NCBI GenBank assembly: GCA_024275415.1
Contig: JAJRZD010000113.1
Span: 1 to 10,337 of the forward strand
Direction of reading: 5' to 3'
Origin: an archaeon
GTDB lineage: Archaea; Asgardarchaeota; Thorarchaeia; Thorarchaeales; Thorarchaeaceae
DNA: 10,337 nucleotides
In this document: positions 7,074-10,337 of the stretch, in pieces
How the letters are laid out: each line of letters begins with the position of its first letter
Position numbering within the stretch: position 1 is the first letter of the stretch
Position numbers and translations under genes: made by a program
The notes under the pieces: generated by a model
What the model saw: only the letters and a program-made list of their open reading frames with translations
Told to the model about the DNA's origin: nothing
Database searches by the model: none

Positions 7074-8255
7074 ATGGGAACCAAGACATTTGAAAGACTC
7101 AGAGAATCCGCGTTAGATGTGGAGCCCCTTGTCTGTGCAAGATGTGGCTTCTGCACTTTCGTGTGTCCCGCATATAATGACACCCTCTGGGACTCGCAAT
7201 CACCACGTGGTAAGCTATACCAGCTTCGAGAACTCATCTTGAAGAACCAACCAATCCCAGAAGACTTTGCTGAACGAATTTTCAAATGTACGCTCTGTGG
7301 TGCATGTCAAGAAATATGTCAGACGAAAATTCCCCTTCTTACCTTCTGGCAAAAAGTTCGTCAAGAAATCAACGATGCAGGGCTCTGGCCGAAGGTCGTA
7401 CATCTTCTTGATGAATCGATCCAAAGTAGCAAGAATATCATGGATCTTGACCAAGAGGACAGAATGCTCTGGACAGATATGGTCGATGATATTGTAGAAG
7501 ACCGCATTGACAAACCAGCCAAGGTGGCCTATTTTGCAGGATGCAACATATCCTTCAAAGGGACTCTTGCACCGATTGGAGAGAATACGATTAAGGTGTT
7601 TGACCATCTTGGAATCGACTTCACGATATTGGGAGAGGAAGAATATTGCTGTGGGAATCCCTATTTTGTAGGAGGAGAATGGGATAAAGCCAAAGAACTC
7701 GCCATTCATCATCTTAACAAACTCAAAGACCTCGGCGTGAAGACGGTTGTGTTCAACTGTCCGGGATGCCATAGAGCATTCAATGAGGAATACCCGCATA
7801 TGCTAGGGAAGGAGTCCGTCGCGGGTATTGAATTCCTGCCATTCTCCCAGTTCATTGCATGGATGTTGCGAGAAGGGAAACTGAAATTCACCAAGGAGTA
7901 CAACGAGGTAATAGCGTGGCATGACCCATGTGAACTCGGACGACATCAAAACATCTATGATGAAGCCCGCGAGGTATTGAACGCGATTCCGGGGCTAGTT
8001 CTACGCGAGATGAAACATTCGCGCAACAAAGCTGACTGTTGCGGCGGTGGAGGCTTACTAAAAGGCACTAATCCTCTCATGTCAGTCCGTATTTCAGGGC
8101 GTCGAATAGAGGCGACTGAAAAGACTGGAGCAACGATACTTGCGAGTGAATGCCCGTCATGCATGATGTCATTCATGGATGGCATTGAGAACACAGGAAA
8201 AAAGATCAAATTCAAAGATCTTTCACAAATTGTCGTGGAGGCACTAGGATTATAG
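7074..8255 (+). CDS. HdrD/GlcF-like Fe-S oxidoreductase (2x[4Fe-4S] plus two CCG domains), Fe-S protein 3, 393 aa
   Basis: CARCGFCTFVCP, SPRGKL, CTLCGACQEIC; CCG domains FAGC..YCCG..NCPGC and HDPCELGRH..DCCGGGG..ECPSC. RBS GAGGA at 7062-7066. Confidence 0.92.
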   Translation: MGTKTFERLRESALDVEPLVCARCGFCTFVCPAYNDTLWDSQSPRGKLYQLRELILKNQPIPEDFAERIFKCTLCGACQEICQTKIPLLTFWQKVRQEINDAGLWPKVVHLLDESIQSSKNIMDLDQEDRMLWTDMVDDIVEDRIDKPAKVAYFAGCNISFKGTLAPIGENTIKVFDHLGIDFTILGEEEYCCGNPYFVGGEWDKAKELAIHHLNKLKDLGVKTVVFNCPGCHRAFNEEYPHMLGKESVAGIEFLPFSQFIAWMLREGKLKFTKEYNEVIAWHDPCELGRHQNIYDEAREVLNAIPGLVLREMKHSRNKADCCGGGGLLKGTNPLMSVRISGRRIEATEKTGATILASECPSCMMSFMDGIENTGKKIKFKDLSQIVVEALGL

Positions 8256-8265
8256 GGTGGTTACA

Positions 8266-9996
8266 ATGCTGTTAAAGAAGCAGTTACAACAGATTGCAGA
8301 CATCGTAGGTGAAGATTACTTCTCTTCTGAGGAATACATGCGCAAGCTGTATTCACATGACGTAGGTGCTTTGCCGAACCTGGTGAATGATATTCTGAAA
8401 ACACAAGTTGATGCAGTTGCACAACCCACATCACCTGAAGTTGTTTCTAAACTACTCCAATATTGTCTCAAAAACAAGATACCGGTAATACCACGAGGTC
8501 ACGGCACTAGCGGATATGGTGGTGCCCTACCGACCAAGGCAGGCCTTGCAATTGAGATGACCCGTATGAACAAGATCCACAATGTGGATACATCCAATAT
8601 GACCGTCGAGGTCGGCGCAGGTATCATCTGGGGGAATCTCATCGAGGAATTGGAGGATCAGAACCTCACTGTCAGAGCTTATCCATCGAGCGCCCCATCA
8701 AGCACTGTGGGAGGCTGGGTAGCAGCTGGTGGTTCAGGAATCGGAAGTACGAAGTATGGTGGTGTGAGTGACCAGATAGTAGACCTTGAAGTCGTATTGC
8801 CTGATGGCAGGATCATACGCACCAGCTCACCACCTGATGACATCATAGAAGAATTCGTCAAGCAGGAATACAACTATTTCCCAAGTGATGACGAATACAT
8901 ATGGGCAATCAAAGAGGTCGAGAAAGATGATTTTGACTTGACCTCCTTCTTTGTCGATAGTAATGGCACATTAGGTATCATTACAAAAGTCGTGCTCAAG
9001 ATTATTCCATTGCATGCTATCCGCCCGTTCGTCGCATCGTTCAAGACCAAGGAACAGATGATATGGGCAATGCAGGAGATAATGAAAGAAACACGCCCAT
9101 TCTATTTACACTTCATCACAGAAGGGTTCAATCAAATGCTGACTGATGTTGACATGCCAACTCACTCCCAGCACCCATGGGTATTCCTTTGTGCCTTCGA
9201 AGGTTCAAAAGAACAACTCGATAACGAAGAGGCATCATTAAAGAAAATCGTGGATAACAACATGGGAGTCCTTGAACCACAGGAGGTTGCTGAGCATGAG
9301 TGGGATGAACGCTTCTATCCAATGCGCATCAAGCGGTTAGGGCCGAGTCTTGCACCATCAGAGGTATACGTCCCCCTTTCGAACCTTCAGTCATTCATCG
9401 AACGCGTAGACAGACACTTCAAAGGAGAGTCCTTTGCACTTGAAGGTGCAGTCAATAACAAAGGCGAAGTAGCTGTGCTTGCGTGGTTCCTTGACGATGA
9501 GAGAAAAACTATCGCATTTCTCATGGGTTGGTACCGCTCACTCGACTTTATCGAATTAGGTCTGAAAGAGAATGGACGTGCTTACTCCATTGGCATGTGG
9601 AACGTTTCTCATTCACGTTCATTTTTTGGCAAGAAGAAATACGCAAGTATTGCTCAGCTGAAAAAGAAAACAGACCCGAAGAACATAGTTAACCCGAACA
9701 AGGTATTTCCAGGACCAATACAGCTCTCAATGAGATTCAACTACTTGATAATCATAGCTGCGACTATCATCGCTCCAGTCGTACTCTGGCTCGCAGGCCT
9801 CTGGGTAGGTGATATCATGGCTGCTTACGGTCTTGAGTGGTTAGCAGTGACTAATCTCACCAGCGCCCTAGTCGCCATCGGGATAGGTCTATTTGCTGGA
9901 GTAGCTGTTTCGGAAATCGCCAACTATGTCCCAATAAATTTCATGCTCACGATGGGAAGGCCTTTCTTAAGGCTCGGACGTAAGATATTCCATTGA
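8266..9996 (+). CDS. VAO/PCMH-family FAD-binding oxidoreductase (GlcD-like) with C-terminal two-helix membrane anchor, flavoprotein 3, 576 aa
   Basis: PRGHGTSGYGG, VEVGAG, PSSAPSSTVGGWVAAGGSG..KYG, SNGTLGIIT, DPKNIVNP, then two hydrophobic segments; a clear paralog of 4110-5816. ATG 8266 is preferred (GGTGG at 8256-8260 as RBS); GTG 8257 is an alternative. Confidence 0.9.
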   Translation: MLLKKQLQQIADIVGEDYFSSEEYMRKLYSHDVGALPNLVNDILKTQVDAVAQPTSPEVVSKLLQYCLKNKIPVIPRGHGTSGYGGALPTKAGLAIEMTRMNKIHNVDTSNMTVEVGAGIIWGNLIEELEDQNLTVRAYPSSAPSSTVGGWVAAGGSGIGSTKYGGVSDQIVDLEVVLPDGRIIRTSSPPDDIIEEFVKQEYNYFPSDDEYIWAIKEVEKDDFDLTSFFVDSNGTLGIITKVVLKIIPLHAIRPFVASFKTKEQMIWAMQEIMKETRPFYLHFITEGFNQMLTDVDMPTHSQHPWVFLCAFEGSKEQLDNEEASLKKIVDNNMGVLEPQEVAEHEWDERFYPMRIKRLGPSLAPSEVYVPLSNLQSFIERVDRHFKGESFALEGAVNNKGEVAVLAWFLDDERKTIAFLMGWYRSLDFIELGLKENGRAYSIGMWNVSHSRSFFGKKKYASIAQLKKKTDPKNIVNPNKVFPGPIQLSMRFNYLIIIAATIIAPVVLWLAGLWVGDIMAAYGLEWLAVTNLTSALVAIGIGLFAGVAVSEIANYVPINFMLTMGRPFLRLGRKIFH

Positions 9997-10058
9997 GCAG
10001 CCTGACGCTCAAAAAGAGTATGGAAAAATGTCAAACGAGTTGAGACTAGGTGGCACTG

Positions 10059-10337
10059 ATGACAAAACATATAGTTGCAGCTACAAACCTTACTAGAAGG
10101 TACGGCTATCGGGTCGCCCTCAAGAAAGTTTCCTTCGAAATCGCACATGGTGGAATCCATGCACTCTTCGGTGCCAATGGTGCTGGGAAAACCACTCTCA
10201 TGCGGATAATCTCAACTCTACTACGACCTCACGGAGGAACAATCCTAGTATTTAACAAGAATCCACAGACTGATAGTATTACTATTAGAAGAAAGATAGG
10301 ACTGATTGGTGAGAAACCTCTGCTATACAACGAATTG
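10059..10337 (+). CDS. ABC transporter ATP-binding protein, N-terminal 93 aa (3'-truncated), CcmA-like; missing from the supplied ORF track
   Basis: My translation from ATG 10059 is MTKHIVAATNLTRRYGYRVALKKVSFEIAHGGIHALFGANGAGKTTLMRIISTLLRPHGGTILVFNKNPQTDSITIRRKIGLIGEKPLLYNEL. It has Walker A GANGAGKT and RBS AGGTGG at 10048-10053, and the frame is open to the window end. ABC ATPase is secure; the CcmA subtype is tentative. Confidence 0.85.
   Translation, partial: MTKHIVAATNLTRRYGYRVALKKVSFEIAHGGIHALFGANGAGKTTLMRIISTLLRPHGGTILVFNKNPQTDSITIRRKIGLIGEKPLLYNEL

Noticed and set aside
8500-8520. His in PRGHGTSG of flavoprotein 3 as a covalent FAD attachment site
   Set aside because: Covalently flavinylated VAO-family members have the His in R-x-G-G-H, two positions later, where this protein has Thr. 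The paralog has Ser at the His position.
9993-10012. Small inverted repeat TTGAGC-N8-GCTCAA after flavoprotein 3
   Set aside because: The stem is only 6 bp and no T tract follows on the plus strand; expected by chance.
10028-10096. Short ORF MSNELRLGGTDDKTYSCSYKPY upstream of and overlapping the ABC ATPase
   Set aside because: 22 codons, no clear RBS, and it overlaps the better-supported ATPase frame.
292-10160. Minus-strand ORFs (e.g. 4295-4918, 7215-7799, 6058-6408, 2569-2949, 9924-10160) and alternate-frame plus ORFs (3375-3560, 5426-5809, 7267-7497)
   Set aside because: All lie largely or wholly within well-supported genes, show no recognisable motifs, and have the Ser/Pro/Arg-rich composition typical of shadow frames.

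Overview
All-plus-strand, tightly packed redox gene cluster. It is probably archaeal, based on GGTGA/GGAGGT ribosome-binding sites and a Thr/Pro-linker, C-terminally anchored surface protein with N-glycosylation sequons. It holds three pairs of a VAO/PCMH-type (GlcD-like) FAD oxidoreductase and an HdrD/GlcF-type Fe-S protein (2x[4Fe-4S] plus two CCG domains). Also present are a phytoene-desaturase/HpnE-like flavoprotein, an exported single-CxxCH protein with a beta-rich ectodomain, a DUF2231-like four-helix membrane protein, and the start of an ABC ATPase (CcmA-like). The flavoproteins lack the His/His/Glu motifs of D-lactate/glycolate dehydrogenases, and two of them carry a C-terminal transmembrane hairpin. 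A simple lactate/glycolate annotation is therefore doubtful. The cluster may encode a membrane-bound, cytochrome-c-linked electron conduit for an unknown, possibly lipophilic substrate (inference). No rRNA, tRNA, CRISPR array or mobile element was recognised.
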